This document shows, one piece after another, positions 25,471 through 37,717 of a DNA stretch of 64,000 nucleotides. Source of the DNA: Asterias rubens (Eukaryota); NCBI RefSeq assembly GCF_902459465.1, contig NC_047065.1:21080001-21144000 (forward strand). Direction: 5' to 3'. The notes under the pieces were generated by a model. It did not search any database, was not told where the DNA came from, and was given only the letters and a program-made list of their open reading frames with translations. A program made the translations under genes and the position numbers. The first letter of the stretch is position 1. Each line of letters starts with the position of its first letter.

Positions 25471-25865
25471 AGGCAGTGGACACTTATGCTAATAAATATT
25501 TTGAGTAATTTTACTCAAAATATTTATTAGCATAAAACCTTACTTGGTAACGAGTAATGGGGAGAGGTTGGTGGTATAAAACATTGTGGGAAACGGCTCC
25601 CTCTGAAGTGGAGTAGTTTTCGAGAAAGAAGTAATCTTACACGAATTTGATTTCGAGACCTCAGATTTAGAATTTGATGTCGCATCAAGCATCTGAACGC
25701 ACACAACTACATGTGACAAGGGTGTTTTTTTTCTTTCATTATTATCTCGCAATTTCGATGACCGATTGATTTCAAATTTTCACAGGTTTGTAATTTTATG
25801 CATATGTTGAGATACACCAACTGTGAAGACCAGTCTTTGACAATTATCAATAGTGTCCAGTGTCT
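25471..25865 (+). mobile_element. Kolobok-like MITE family C, full copy
   Basis: TTAA|AGGCAGTGGACAC ... AATAGTGTCCAGTGTCT|TTAA. Confidence 0.9.
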
Positions 25866-26722
25866 TTAAGAGTTTTTGAATACACATTTTTAAGAGTGTG
25901 GTCAGTCACAACTCTATAAAGGTTTGATTTAATATTAAAATAATAAATTGTCAAAATTACATCTGACATACTAAAATGTTGGAACTCTGTTCTAATGAGT
26001 TGAATTTTACTTGACAAAGAGTTTTCACTAAGCTCAAAGTGTTGAATTTAGCAATTATTTTTTTTAGTTTACTGGAGCTTTTCAGACCTTACTAGGTATT
26101 TCATTGTAACTTAATTTATTTAATTTTAAAGAAAAAATTGTTCTGATAAAGATGATTTGTTTGCTTATTTATTTGACAAGTATCTTTAATTTCTTTTTTA
26201 CAACATTGACTTTTGAGAAACCTAAACATTTTGTATCAATGGAGGATTCTCAGCCACTTCATTATCTTCCATATGCAGTGTCTGCTGCCCTCTACTGTAA
26301 ATTCATGGCCAATGATAAAAACAAAAACACTTAACCAAACAGTGTGATTGTTATTTTATTGAATATCTTCCTGGTATTGTGAAAGAGGGCTGCAGATACC
26401 TGAAGACGATGACAAATGTACAAGTTGATTGATGCCACACCTATATTTGTCGCCAGTCTGCTAAGCAATTTTATATTCTTGAGCCTTGGGTAGATAATCC
26501 CAACTTGATTAAAGGCAAGGAGTGAGAGGAAACAAGATTCCCATAGAACCGTTCTGACTGTCGTTTTTTTGTATATATGAACATAACACCTCAACTAAAT
26601 AAAGACGAATAAAATACTCTATGAACTCCAACATATGTCTGTTTGTCACTGCCTGTGAGTAGCCGTCCTTCCAACTCGGTTACATTGAGATGTAGGAGGG
26701 CCAGTGTAGGCGTGGGGCTTAA

Positions 26723-26895
26723 AGTCACCGGGAAGTGGTATTTTGTCAAAATAAAGCTTTTGTCACTAATATATGTGTTTTGATGAGTGGAATGTGAATA
26801 AACAGTTAACTAAGGTTCTAAAAAATTAGTTCTAATCTTATTTACAAATTTAAGAATATGCTCCGACCCGAGAGGGCGCTGTTCGTGACGTCAAT
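26723..26895 (-). mobile_element. Terminal fragment of the THAP-bearing Kolobok-like family
   Basis: TTAA|AGTCACCGGGAAGTGGTATTTT...CCGAGAGGGCGCTGTTCG is the reverse complement of ~32900-33069. Confidence 0.8.
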
Positions 26896-26940
26896 CGATG
26901 CACAATTCTCAGACTGGGCTCCATTTCCCAGAGTGCTCTG

Positions 26941-27496
26941 AGCCCAATTTCATAGAGCTGCTGAAGCTCAAAAAGGCAGAATAAGGGAACCATCCAAAAT
27001 ATCACGGGCACATCTACAAGTCTCTGAATGTCTTCACCTTGTTTATGCTGGGGATAGAAGTTTTTTTAGCAGTATTTATTATAGCTTTTAAAGGCACTGG
27101 ACACTATTGGTAATTACTCAAAATAATTGTTAGCATACAAACTTATTTGGTAACAAGCAATGGAGAGCTGTTGGTAGTAAAAAGGATTGTGAGAAACGGC
27201 TTCCCTTTAAAGTAACGTAGTTTCGAGAAAGAAGTTATTTTAACTTAAATATCTGAATTTGATTTAGAGACCTCAGAATTAGATTTTTGAGGTCCCCAAA
27301 TCAAGCATCTGAATGCACACAACTTCGTTTTTTTTTCTTCCATTTTTGTGTCACAGCTTTGACGACCAATTGAGTTCAACTTTTCACAGGTTTGTTATTT
27401 TGTGTAATGTTTATATACACCAAGTGAGAAACTCTGGTCTTTGACAATTACCAATAGTGTCCAGTGTCTTTAAAAACAGCTCTATGAAATTAGGCA
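26941..27496. mobile_element. Harbinger-like MITE 'family D' containing a nested family C copy
   Basis: AGCCCAATTTCATAGAGCTG ... CAGCTCTATGAAATTAGGCA; flanks CTG/CAG. Confidence 0.75.
27092..27469 (+). mobile_element. Kolobok-like MITE family C nested in family D
   Basis: TTAA|AGGCACTGGACACTATTGG ... CCAATAGTGTCCAGTGTCT|TTAA. Confidence 0.88.
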
Positions 27497-28593
27497 CAGA
27501 TCTCAAGCTGTGCATCAATCTTAATCGCTAACCGGAGTGTGTTGTCACAAAACAAATCACTATGGAAACATCGTCAATTCATCTTAAGATCAATCGTAGT
27601 GTTTTGTTGAAATTAAAGCTTTGTCAATTTATTTTTGTTCAGTAATCACCGGTGTTATTAGGAAGAATGCTGTATGGTTTTTTTAATCACCTTTGCAAGT
27701 ATGCTGTATAGGGCCTTCAGCAATTGGCAACCTTGAGAAGGGATTCCCCACTGTGCAGCCAAGTGGAGACTTAGGCACAGGGAAAGATTTATCTTGAGCT
27801 TAGGGGATTCATAACCCCCCCCCCCCCCTCAATTTCCATGGCAAGAGCTAGAGAAAAAACGAAGCTGTTCAAACTCGGTTGAAGATTTTGTTTTACTCTG
27901 ACGAAAAAACATGATAAAAGTTTGGGGTTGAAGGGCGGGGCTGTATGTTGTCCTAAAACATTGTTCAAAGTATTTTAATAATCATCACTTTTAGGATGGT
28001 GCTTACAATTTTTATTTGACTCGAAATTATTGCTTTTAAAGCACACTAACGGGAGGAATTCGGTCAGACAGTGGTGGTGGCGGCACAAAACCATGACAAT
28101 ATTTGTCAAAAAGACAGAGGCTTGCCAGACCTGCGATGGGGAAGAGGATGCAACTTTCTTGAAAACACATGCGTTTTTTCCCTTTCTTTCAACTGTAACT
28201 TGAGGACTAAGTTCCCACATTACGTAAATCGGCCATCGTTACGGGCAATTTGGAACTTACAGCCATGTGTTTTGAGCAAAAAACAGCGTGCAGCATCTGC
28301 ACATTTCACACAACTCGTTGCCTGATTGGTTATTAAACAGCGTGGCTGCGTTCATAAACTGGGCACTTGACGCCCCTGCAAGCCAAAATGCAATTTGCCT
28401 GTTAAGATGGCGTCTATTGCAACTTATCTATACCTATAAGTAGTTTGCATGTTGAGTTCTGGAAAACAGAGGAAAATCTGCTGCGTCTACGGTTTTATCC
28501 TCTGATATAGTGCAACACCTGTTTGCAATAGGAGAATGTTCATTTGTACTGGATTATCGAAATAATTGAATATATCCCCTTTGTCTTTATTAG

Positions 28594-28656
28594 ATTATGC
28601 AGTTAATATCCAGTAAATTGGATGCAGAAACTGAATGGCTGAACGAACGAGAACAG
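28594..28656 (+). CDS. Coiled-coil protein, coding exon 3 (21 aa)
   Basis: Acceptor ccctttgtctttattAG and donor CAG|GTAAGT; 63 nt, phase 0-0. IMQLISSKLDAETEWLNEREQ continues the helical pattern from KHKDE. Confidence 0.8.
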
Positions 28657-31070
28657 GTAAGTTGCCCCCCCCCCCACCTACATGTATCTATCCAGCAAGA
28701 GCTCTACCCCATATTTGATTCCTTCATTTTAAGATCCACTGTCAATACGTCAAAACAAGTCAAATTTTGGTTCAGTCGGTGCGTCATACGTGTTGCTTTT
28801 GAGAAAGCAGGACATGTGGACTGTGTCAATAGCGTTTAATTAATAACCAGCGACTGATGACAATAAAAGTCGCACACTATAGAAACAAACGCACGTAGAA
28901 AGACTAAACACTTTCGGAAGGCAAGGTTGTGTAAGCTCACTGGAACTAAAGCTGCGCACTTGTAAGTTTTTATTTTGATGATTCTCATTCAAAGAAACCA
29001 ATGTATTTTAAGATGGCAAAACATCTTCACAAAAGTATAATGTGTAACATTGCAATGTGAAGTTGAAGGGGTGCTGCAGTGAATTAAAATAAAACAGTTA
29101 ATTTTGCTGTCATTTATTTCTGATATATGTATTGAACATCAATAAAATGTGTTTTGTTTTTTCCCCGACATATCTCACTTGCGTAATTAGCGAAAAAGTC
29201 ATGCCCCCCCCCCCTTTGTGGATTGTTACCGCCCCCCTACCATCGACGTCAAGTCGGGAATTCAAACGTATCGTCGTCAAAAAGAGTCTGGTCCCTAACT
29301 ACACGCGCCTAGGTACCAGGCCACACAGTGCACACGTCTCTATATGCACACAGCCAGGGGGCCCGACGGCTCGGGTTCCCGACATGACGTCACGTTTATG
29401 CAAATGAAGGCTCCCTTTTAGGGGCGGGGTGGGTTCCCCTAATCTCTTGAAAACCATTTTTAAAATACTTGCGCATTTAATAAAAAATATAAAAAAATAT
29501 TTCAGGTTTAAAAAGTCATGTGTAATCATTTAAATTATTTAAAAAACACTGCAGCCATCCTTTAATGTGGATGATTTTAGGTGCCCATTACAGTGATGTG
29601 TTTGATCACCATTTGACGTGAAACTATTCAGAGATAGTTAAAGAAAAATCAGTTTCGCAGTCTTCGCAATTTTCTTAAATTTATTTTGTTTGATTTGACA
29701 ATGTTGAATCTTCATCAATGAACTATGAAAAATGAAACCAAGAAAATTGACAGACGTACTTGCCAAAATAACTTTTCTGACATTGTTTTTCCTTTTTCAC
29801 TAAAATAAGGATTAAAAAGAGTAACATTCTTTGCTAATTTCCTTTAAAAAACTGAGCTGGACATTATCTCAACATTGACCTTTCGGCTGTTTTTGGTACA
29901 CAATTTGCTTTTTTTTTTAAGTGGTAAAGTTTACTTATTAGATGTATTAATCTGCTAAGCACTGAGTGGCAGGGAACCAGGGATAAACAGTTTACTGTAC
30001 TTGCATTACATTGAGGTTGGTAACCTGTTACTATCTTGCGACATTTTGTTGCAGTAAGCAAATTTTGTGGAATGGCAAGCAAAAAATAGCTAACCCTTCA
30101 ATTTGATTTGGTTGAAACAAAAAGTTTAGTCATCGCTCTAATGGGAGGTGGGGGGACACTTCATTTTAAATGATTTTACTTGGATTTAAAATAAGGTTAA
30201 CATGAATTATTTTATGACGAATACTTATTATTTAATTTGGTTACAGCTTCACGCTGTTATGATTAAATGACAAGCCATTCTTTGTAAACAATACAATCAC
30301 AGACCATATTAAATAAAAATTGTAGGTTGGTAGGGGGGTTTAAGAATGACCTTAAAGTCCTTTTGTTTGGCTCGTTTAAAAAAATATTATTTCCCCACAT
30401 TGCTAAGACCTTTCACTCGAGATGTTTTTGTTCCTCCACTACATTTTTTCGTACAGTGATGATTAAACCTTGATTAATCCATGTCATGCAATCCCAGCGT
30501 TATGGTGCCGGCTGCCTATTATTTTACATAGCGGTTTAATTTTCTGCGGTGTGTGTTTCGACCAGGTTGGCATGGAAACCTAATTCCATATCGATTTTGT
30601 GTTTATATTCCATCTTGTTGTCAAAACATGCGATGGGCAAAGACTATTATGTCCTATTGTAGTGGCAGCCAATCCCTCTGCATGTTTAGATGAAGCTAAG
30701 AGTGGTGTGGCCTAGTTATACATGTTGCTGCCATTTTGTTTAAGTAGATTAAATCCAAATGCTCGGACGCTTTACCTGTTCAAATAAGAATCTAACTGGG
30801 TGGAACAAGTTGTCTGGATCTGTGGTCTTAGGTCTGTGAATTTGTTTCTTTGTATAAAGTGTCGACTCTGTGGTTCATTACCCTCTTCTGATTATTCGAT
30901 CCACTTCTTGGTTGCTCAGTTATTTTCTCTTCATCCTTGTGTGCCACATACGCTTTGGGGGATAAAATTGACAGTCCTTAATTATAACTAGACTTTTGAA
31001 ACCAATACTATGACTTGAAGGAACACGTTGCCTTGGATGGGACGAGTAGGTCTATAAAAAGCGTTTATTT

Positions 31071-31324
31071 CCAATTATCATGAGCTGTTTGTTGCCATCA
31101 ATACCCATGTACAGCGTATATTCTTAGTTCATCTCTCCATCTCCCAGTTCATGTTTCCCTCTCTTTCTTGTCCAGTTTCTTCAAATCCAATTGGTTTTCT
31201 TGCATGTCCACCATGCCAGGTGACCTGCCCATCTCCTCATCTTTGATGTTAAGGTCTTAATAATATCCTGTACTCTTGGTTTCTTTCTTAGGTCCTCATG
31301 TGTAACCCTGTCTTTCTTAAGTGC
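31071..31324 (-). mobile_element. RTE-clade LINE 3' remnant (post-RT C-terminus), frameshifted
   Basis: Minus-strand translation gives ..KDRVTHEDLRKKPRVQDIIKTLTSKMRRWAGHLA.. and, in a shifted frame, RWRDELRIY..W..AHDNW. This matches the RTE pattern DRxxNExIR..WxWAGH..RWxD..W. Confidence 0.72.
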
Positions 31325-31485
31325 TATTCACACGACAGCAATTTAACTGAGGTCCCTTGCCTAATTTTTGCATGGTTGTAAAATGTAGCAATGTTCGACA
31401 AGATTTTGCAAGAGGAGAGTTGGTAAATTGTTGTGCATTCACACAAGGAACTTTTTGTAAAATTTTCCCAACATGATACAATTAA

Positions 31486-31865
31486 AGGAACACATTGCCT
31501 TGGACCGGTCGAGTTGGTCTTTGAAAGGCGTTTTCAAACGTTTGTTATAAAATGCATATGATTAGAAAGATATTTTAAAAGTAGAATATAATTATCCACA
31601 CAAGTATCACTCGAAATTGTGGTTTTCCTATTACCTCGTCGACAAACACGGTCGGCCATTTATGGGAGTCAAATTTTTGACTCCAATAAATGGCCGACCG
31701 TGTTAGTTCGCAAAGTAAAAGAAAACCACGCAATTTCGAAGCATATTTGTGTGGATCATTATATTCTACTTTTAAAACATCTTTCTAACCATATGCATTT
31801 TATAAAAAAACGGTTACAAACACTTTTCAAAGACCAACTCGACCAATCCAATGCAACGTGTTCCT
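31486..31865. mobile_element. Kolobok-like fold-back MITE 'family G' (end fragment also at ~31019-31066)
   Basis: TTAA|AGGAACACATTGCCTTGGA ... TCCAATGCAACGTGTTCCT|TTAA, with long internal arm symmetry. Confidence 0.88.
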
Positions 31866-31869
31866 TTAA

Positions 31870-33069
31870 AGGCACCTGGAAATAGGATTTTTTTTTTTTA
31901 AACATAAGAGTTTATGTTTATTAACAATAAAACAATTTTTTAAGTAATTGTTTGTCACAATTTATATGTTAAATAAATTATTTAAGTGCTTGGGGGGTTG
32001 ACTCCGCCTACCCCTTTTACGACGTAGGAAAAGGAAGACTTTGCCTCGATCAAACATAGACCCCCCTCGATGCGTAGATAAACACACGTGCAAAAGTACA
32101 TGTAATTCTAAGACGTGAGTTTGTACGCTGCGAAAAAGGTTTTTTTTTCTGGCATTTTTCCGGCAATGCCGACCAGGTGTATTGCTGCTGGATGCAGCAA
32201 AACAACTAAAGATGGGGTCAGTCTTCATCTGTTTCCTGCAGATCCCAAGTATAGACGGTTGTGGGCTGCGAAAGTCAGATTAACTAGAGCAAAGTGGTCC
32301 GGTCCGACGGCTTTTTCAGCGCTATGCAGCGAACACTTCGAGCGGTCGTGCTTCGAATCCGGGATACACCACTCATTTGACATGACATTTAAACACGACG
32401 CCGTCCCAACAATTTGTCTAGCTAGTGGGAAGTCGAAGAAGGTATCTGAAAGACGTGACGAACCCAGAGGAGCATTTGCTAAACGTAAAAAAATTCGGGT
32501 AAGTTTGAACTTTGAGGGTATGTTTTTAGCTTTTGCCAAGTGACACGATTTTTTGTTGGTACCGCATTCGATTCACCGTGCGTGCAGGTCCTATGTGACA
32601 GTCCGCACATTATACAGCAGCCATAGTGCGTGCGTGCAGTCTGCTCCGTGGCCGTATTTCTATAATAATACGTAGGCAGACCCACATCTTACAACCCATT
32701 TGGTCACTAAAAAGTCGCATAGTTAAATAAAAATAGCAGCAATAGCTTTTGTAAAAACCACTAGGCGTTCAACATGTTCAAGTTTCAATGTACGTATGTG
32801 TGTAAAATCGTGTCTAAATTTGTGTTGATGTGCCATGTTCTCAGACGTAATGTACGGGGGCCTGACTACAAATTTTCTCTTCAAATATCGCGCCTTGAAT
32901 TACGTGCGAACAGCGCCCTCTCGGGCCGGGGCCTACTCGTAAATTTGTAAATACAATCAAAACTAATATTTTTAAACCTTAGTTAACTTTTTATTCACAT
33001 TCCTCTCATAAAAACACATATTTTAGTGACAAAAGCTTTATTTAAAAAAAATACCACTTCCAGGTGACT
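31870..33069 (+). mobile_element. 1.2-kb Kolobok-like deletion derivative carrying a THAP exon and no DDE domain
   Basis: TTAA|AGGCACCTGGAAATAGGATTTTTTTT ... AAAAAAATACCACTTCCAGGTGACT|TTAA (imperfect TIR of about 26 bp). TTAA TSD, RR...YY termini and an N-terminal THAP domain are established Kolobok features. Confidence 0.82.
32166..32498 (+). CDS. THAP zinc-finger exon (111 aa) of the Kolobok-like element, ending at a GTAAGT donor
   Basis: MPTRCIAAGCSKTTKDGVSLHLFPADPKYRRLWAAKV...LCSEHFERSCF...KHDAVPTIC...RGAFAKRKKIR contains the C2CH ligands, the conserved P/W/F residues, an AVPTI box and a basic tail. Donor CGG|GTAAGT at 32499. Confidence 0.85.
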
Positions 33070-33709
33070 TTAAGCATGAAGCCCTTGGTAAGTTGCTCTG
33101 GTATGAAAGTTTTTTTTATATATACATGTATTCATATTTTTATTGTCATAGCCCTCACTGTTAATGTACGTGTAAAATCTCGACCAAAATGCTTAGTCCA
33201 GTATTTTCCTTTTTCTGTGTTGGGACTCGCTAGTTACTAGTTAGGCATGCATTAAAAGTTTATTTAGTAAGTTAAACAAAAAAAAGCAATTAAATATACT
33301 GCCAAGAATTAATCTTGATCATGCTTCACATGGGATCAGGCATACTGACAGTGCTAAACCATATGGTGCTGGATTGCTATAATCCCATATAGAAGGGACA
33401 TACTTGTCATTTATGAGCTTGATTGGAATAATTTAAAGAATATATTTATGAATTAATGAAAATGTAAGCCAGAAATAATTTGAAATAAATATTGTACTGG
33501 TATTGACAAAGCATGCTTATAATAGTGATTAATTCATGGCAGTATAATTTAAAGCTTTTTGATTAACTTACTAAATAACAATTGTAATCTAACCAGTTCT
33601 TTTCCGAACCAATTATCATAGCTCAAAAGGATGGTGTAGTCAGAAGTTGTCACTGCAAATAGTTTGAAAAGATTTTGGGGTTGAAAAATTGCCTAGAGTG
33701 AGATATTAA

Positions 33710-33860
33710 AGGGTTGGGTACCTTTTGTATTAAACACAATGCACACAGACTTACATCAAACTCACACAGTTTCAAGATAATGATGGTAGAGAGCTTCCGT
33801 TAAAATGTTACTTACTGAGGTGCTGTAGTTTTTGAGAAATGACTAAAACAATGTCACAAA
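33710..33860 (+). mobile_element. Kolobok-like MITE 'family H', 5' fragment
   Basis: TTAA|AGGGTTGGGTACCTTTTGT...; matches the start of 54285-54620. Confidence 0.7.
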
Positions 33861-34147
33861 ATGTGGACCCCTGGCAGCCATGTAGCCAGGGGTTCACATC
33901 CAAGTTTATGATACAACTTTTGCGTACATAGAATATTGGCCAAAAAGGAATAAATTTGGAATCTTTAATGTGATACGGCAACTGCAATAAGCCTTTTTGA
34001 TGTATAGCATTGTGTCATTCCGCCATATCTCAAAAAGGCTTATTAAAATTTCCATAAAATAAAACACTTTACTCTTATGCATAAATTCTCTTCTTTAATA
34101 TTGTTCCCATAGTTCATCAAAATTTTGCAGTCCAGTTGAACAGTCGG

Positions 34148-34314
34148 CCGTCGATTTCACAAAGAGTTAGGACTCGTCTTATCTCGAGTTAGGACGTGTA
34201 ACTCTTCCTAACTTAGGATTAATCTTAAGGTCTGCATGCTACAGTGCAGGGTTGGGACTCGTCCTAAGTCCTAAGATTAGTCTTAAGTTAGGAAGAGTTT
34301 TGTGAAATCGACGG
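34148..34314. mobile_element. Harbinger-like MITE family E
   Basis: CCGTCGATTTCACAAA ... TTTGTGAAATCGACGG; internal TTAGGAC/GTCCTAA motifs; flanks CGG/CTG. Confidence 0.82.
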
Positions 34315-35253
34315 CTGACGTTCTAATTTATTACAAGCATATGTTACTAGGAACGTTAATACGCCCCTAGAAAGAATCTGACTTTTAAGAAGCGCCCTTA
34401 GTTAGTTGCAGACATGTTTTGCCAAATAAAATGTGCTTTTTGGTGGGTTTTTTTATCGCTGGACTTTTTCAAGTCACAGTTGAGTCCCAAATCATAATGT
34501 CATCATGCTTTGTAAATAGTTATCACATTGGAGTCCAGAGATGTTAAAAAACACACAAAATATTAACAAAACCCCACTATGTTTTCTCGGAGATGCCGAT
34601 TGTCTACAATCTGATGCTGACAATTTGCCTTCTGATACAAGCAAATAGAAGCTAATGTTTTAATGTAATTTACCTGACTCTATAAATTCCATCCAGTACA
34701 TTTATTTATTGTTCCACCATATGTTTTTCCAGGGAGAGAATTTAATGTAATTTGGGACGGACCTTAATTGCATTATTTATCTCTGGCAACTAATCATACT
34801 AAAGCTATAGGGGGATGAAACATTCAGCAGAAATGCTCTTAGCACAGGGGGAAATTTATCATTCACCATCAAGATGCAGAGTTGATTGTGTCTTAATTAC
34901 ACTCAGTATAGGGAGAACATTGGATTTTATGAGGATGGTCGGCCATCTTGTTTGAACAGTGTAGTTTAAGAAAAAAATTATTATTAGGAGTTGAGACACA
35001 GTAGTATCGTGGAACTTACATGTGAGAAAATAGAATTAGCTGTTGCAAACTGCTTTTCAGCCTCACCAAAAGGGCCTATTATAATCGGTGAATGTTCTGA
35101 GGTTTCCACCCTAGCAGAGTCTTTCTAGGGAAAACAAATTCCCAGTCTTTTATTTGATTGGGATTCGAACCAAGACCCAGTACAATGTGGGACAGATGTC
35201 TTAACCACCAGGCCACCGAAGTGACTGGTGATGATACTTCAGTTCGAAACCAG

Positions 35254-35429
35254 CAGGCCTGATACTTCACGGAGGCAACGGAGGCGATTGCCTCCGTTGC
35301 CCCTTGCCATTGCCTTGGTGCCCTTGAAATGCTCCAGTAAAAATTTACAATTTCCTCATAGGGTGCCCTTTGCCAAAGAGAAAATGCCTTAGTGCCCTTG
35401 CCCCTTCAAAAACAAAGCATACAGGCCTG
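35254..35429. mobile_element. Family I element with a perfect 6-bp TSD
   Basis: AACCAG|CAGGCCTG ... CAGGCCTG|AACCAG. Confidence 0.75.
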
Positions 35430-36299
35430 AACCAGTAACTACCAGAGGGTGCGGCAGACAACACATGTAATAATTGCATCTGATGTAAAACATGATTGTT
35501 GGTCAATTACTGCTAGTTGTATAGTTCTGTCTTTAAATAAAAAACTAATGACTCGAATGACTCAGTGCTTGTTTTCCCGAAGTGTAATTATTTTTCTTCG
35601 CAAATTAAGAAGCTCACCTTTACTTGTTGGCATTTCATATTTTTTGTTGTTGTAAATTGTGATAAAGTCCTTGGGGTAGTATTTTTAAAGACGTGTGCTT
35701 ATACCTTTGCGAATACTTAACTGTTTCCATTTTTAAATTATACTCAACGTGGCGTTTATACAATAATAAACCTTTAACAATCTAACCTTTTTTGCTCGTT
35801 ATCTCAACTTTTAATTATTTTCTGCCAATTAGGGAAATTTCCTTTACTCTTTGACATTTATTAGTTGTTAGTTCCCTAGGTCATTGATGGTAGAAAAAAA
35901 ATGGAAAAAAATCCAGAGTTGAACCAACCCGGTTCATCTGAGTTTTATCGTGCGACAATTCATTAAAAACGAGGGAGGAATCCTGGGAGACTCAAATGAT
36001 AACAATAATGATGCGTTGTGTGCTTTTGAATCCATCGGGCCTCTCGTCCAAACAGCTGAACCAAAGCACGCTTTCTCTTTCAGGAACCTAAGGGGGGTAC
36101 CATCGGGACCAATAAACTCTCTTCTGTTGTCTCCTTCTGCCGGAGACACCTTCCCTCCCTGTGTTTGCTCATTGGGCTCCGTTAAAACAGATTTCAGCTG
36201 AGAAATCATCATTAAGTTTTTTTTTCCCTTCCACTACTTTCGCCCATTCATTTCCCTTGATGGGAATGCTTATTCTTTGGCAGTGCATTGACACTTAGA

Positions 36300-37340
36300 A
36301 ATGAGTCCCTTGCTGAAACTTGGTGTCAGGATAAGATTTAGAAAAAAATCTCAGATTTGTGGGTACTGAGTAGGGAAGGGGGGTAGGGGAATAGCTTGAA
36401 GGCTGTCTTGTCTTCAATACGAATTTGTAAGACTTATCATTGGCTCATCAAAATGCCACATGATGAAACTACTAGACGTGCACTCGTAAGATTCTAAAAC
36501 TCAAAAATTTGAATTGGTTGCCTTACTGCACTAAGCACCAAGTTTAATCGCAAGACTAGTTTCTATGTAGTTGAGTCCCTTGCTGAAACTAAATGCCGTG
36601 ATGAGATTTTTCATCTAAGATTGTTGAAGGGGGAAGGGGAGGGAAAGAGAAGAGGCTCGGTTAAGGTTGAGGGCCATGTTGTCTTACGAACTTGTTCGAC
36701 TGATCATTGGTTCATCTAAATGGCACATGATGAAACTACTTGACGTGCACTCTGAAGGTTCCAAATCTAAAAATGGGTAAAAAATGAGTTGGCATGGCCT
36801 TACTTTGTGAAGCGCCAAGTTTAATGGCAAGACTAGTTTCTTGTATACCTGTAGGTGAGTCCCTTGCTAAAACTAAATGTTAGGATAAGATTATTATTTT
36901 TCTTCTTCTAAGATTGGTGATGAAGGAAGTGGAGGGAATGGGAAGAGGGTTAGGTAAGGTTGAGGGCCGTCTTGTCTTCATCTTCATTACGAACTTGTAT
37001 GACTTTATCATTGGTTCATCAAAATGGCATATGATGAAACTGCTCGACGTGCACTCGCAAGGTTCCAATCTCAAATATGAAAAATGAAAACTCCATTGGT
37101 GGCCTTCTCACTTTGTGAAGCACCAAGTTTAATCGCAAGACAAGGTTCTTGTGTACGTGTAGGTGAGTCCCTTACTCCTTAGGTCGTTTTGTCTTCATTC
37201 TGAAGAACTTGTACGAATGATCATTGGTTCATCAAAATGGCAAATGATGAAACTGTAAGACATGGAAAAAAAAAAAGGAAAAAAATAAAAATAATTACTG
37301 GCCTAAATCTATGAAGCACAAGTTTGAACATGCAAGACTA
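36300..37340 (+). repeat. Tandem array, ~270-310-bp unit, ~3.7 copies
   Basis: The anchor GAGTCCCTT(G/A)CT is at 36303, 36573, 36857 and 37165. ATCATTGG(C/T)TCATC and GATGAAACT recur in each unit. Confidence 0.88.
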
Positions 37341-37490
37341 CTCGTTTGTTGTGAAGGCTGTCCAGGAGTTGCCGTTGTGATTTATAACCTTAGTGTCAGC
37401 TTGGTTAGCATTGAAGGTTGATTCATTATTGTAAGGTCAATCTTAGAACTTTGGTGATCAGGCTCAATTCTCGGTTCTCGGACACGCCAG

Positions 37491-37717
37491 GGCCCAATTT
37501 CATAGAGCTGCTAAGCACAAAAATTGCATGAAATTTCTTCCTTTATAAAAACAGGATAACAAGCCAAATTTCCACGTGATTTTCAGGATAAGCAAACAAC
37601 AGCTGAATACCAGTAACAAGCAATATCCATCAAATGGAAATTTAGTTGAAAATCCTGTTTTTATGAAGTTTCATGCTGAGCAAATTCTGGTGCTTATCAG
37701 CTCTATGAAATTGGGCC
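37491..37717. mobile_element. Harbinger-like MITE family D
   Basis: GGCCCAATTTCATAGAGCTG ... CAGCTCTATGAAATTGGGCC; flanks CAG/CTG. Confidence 0.85.
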
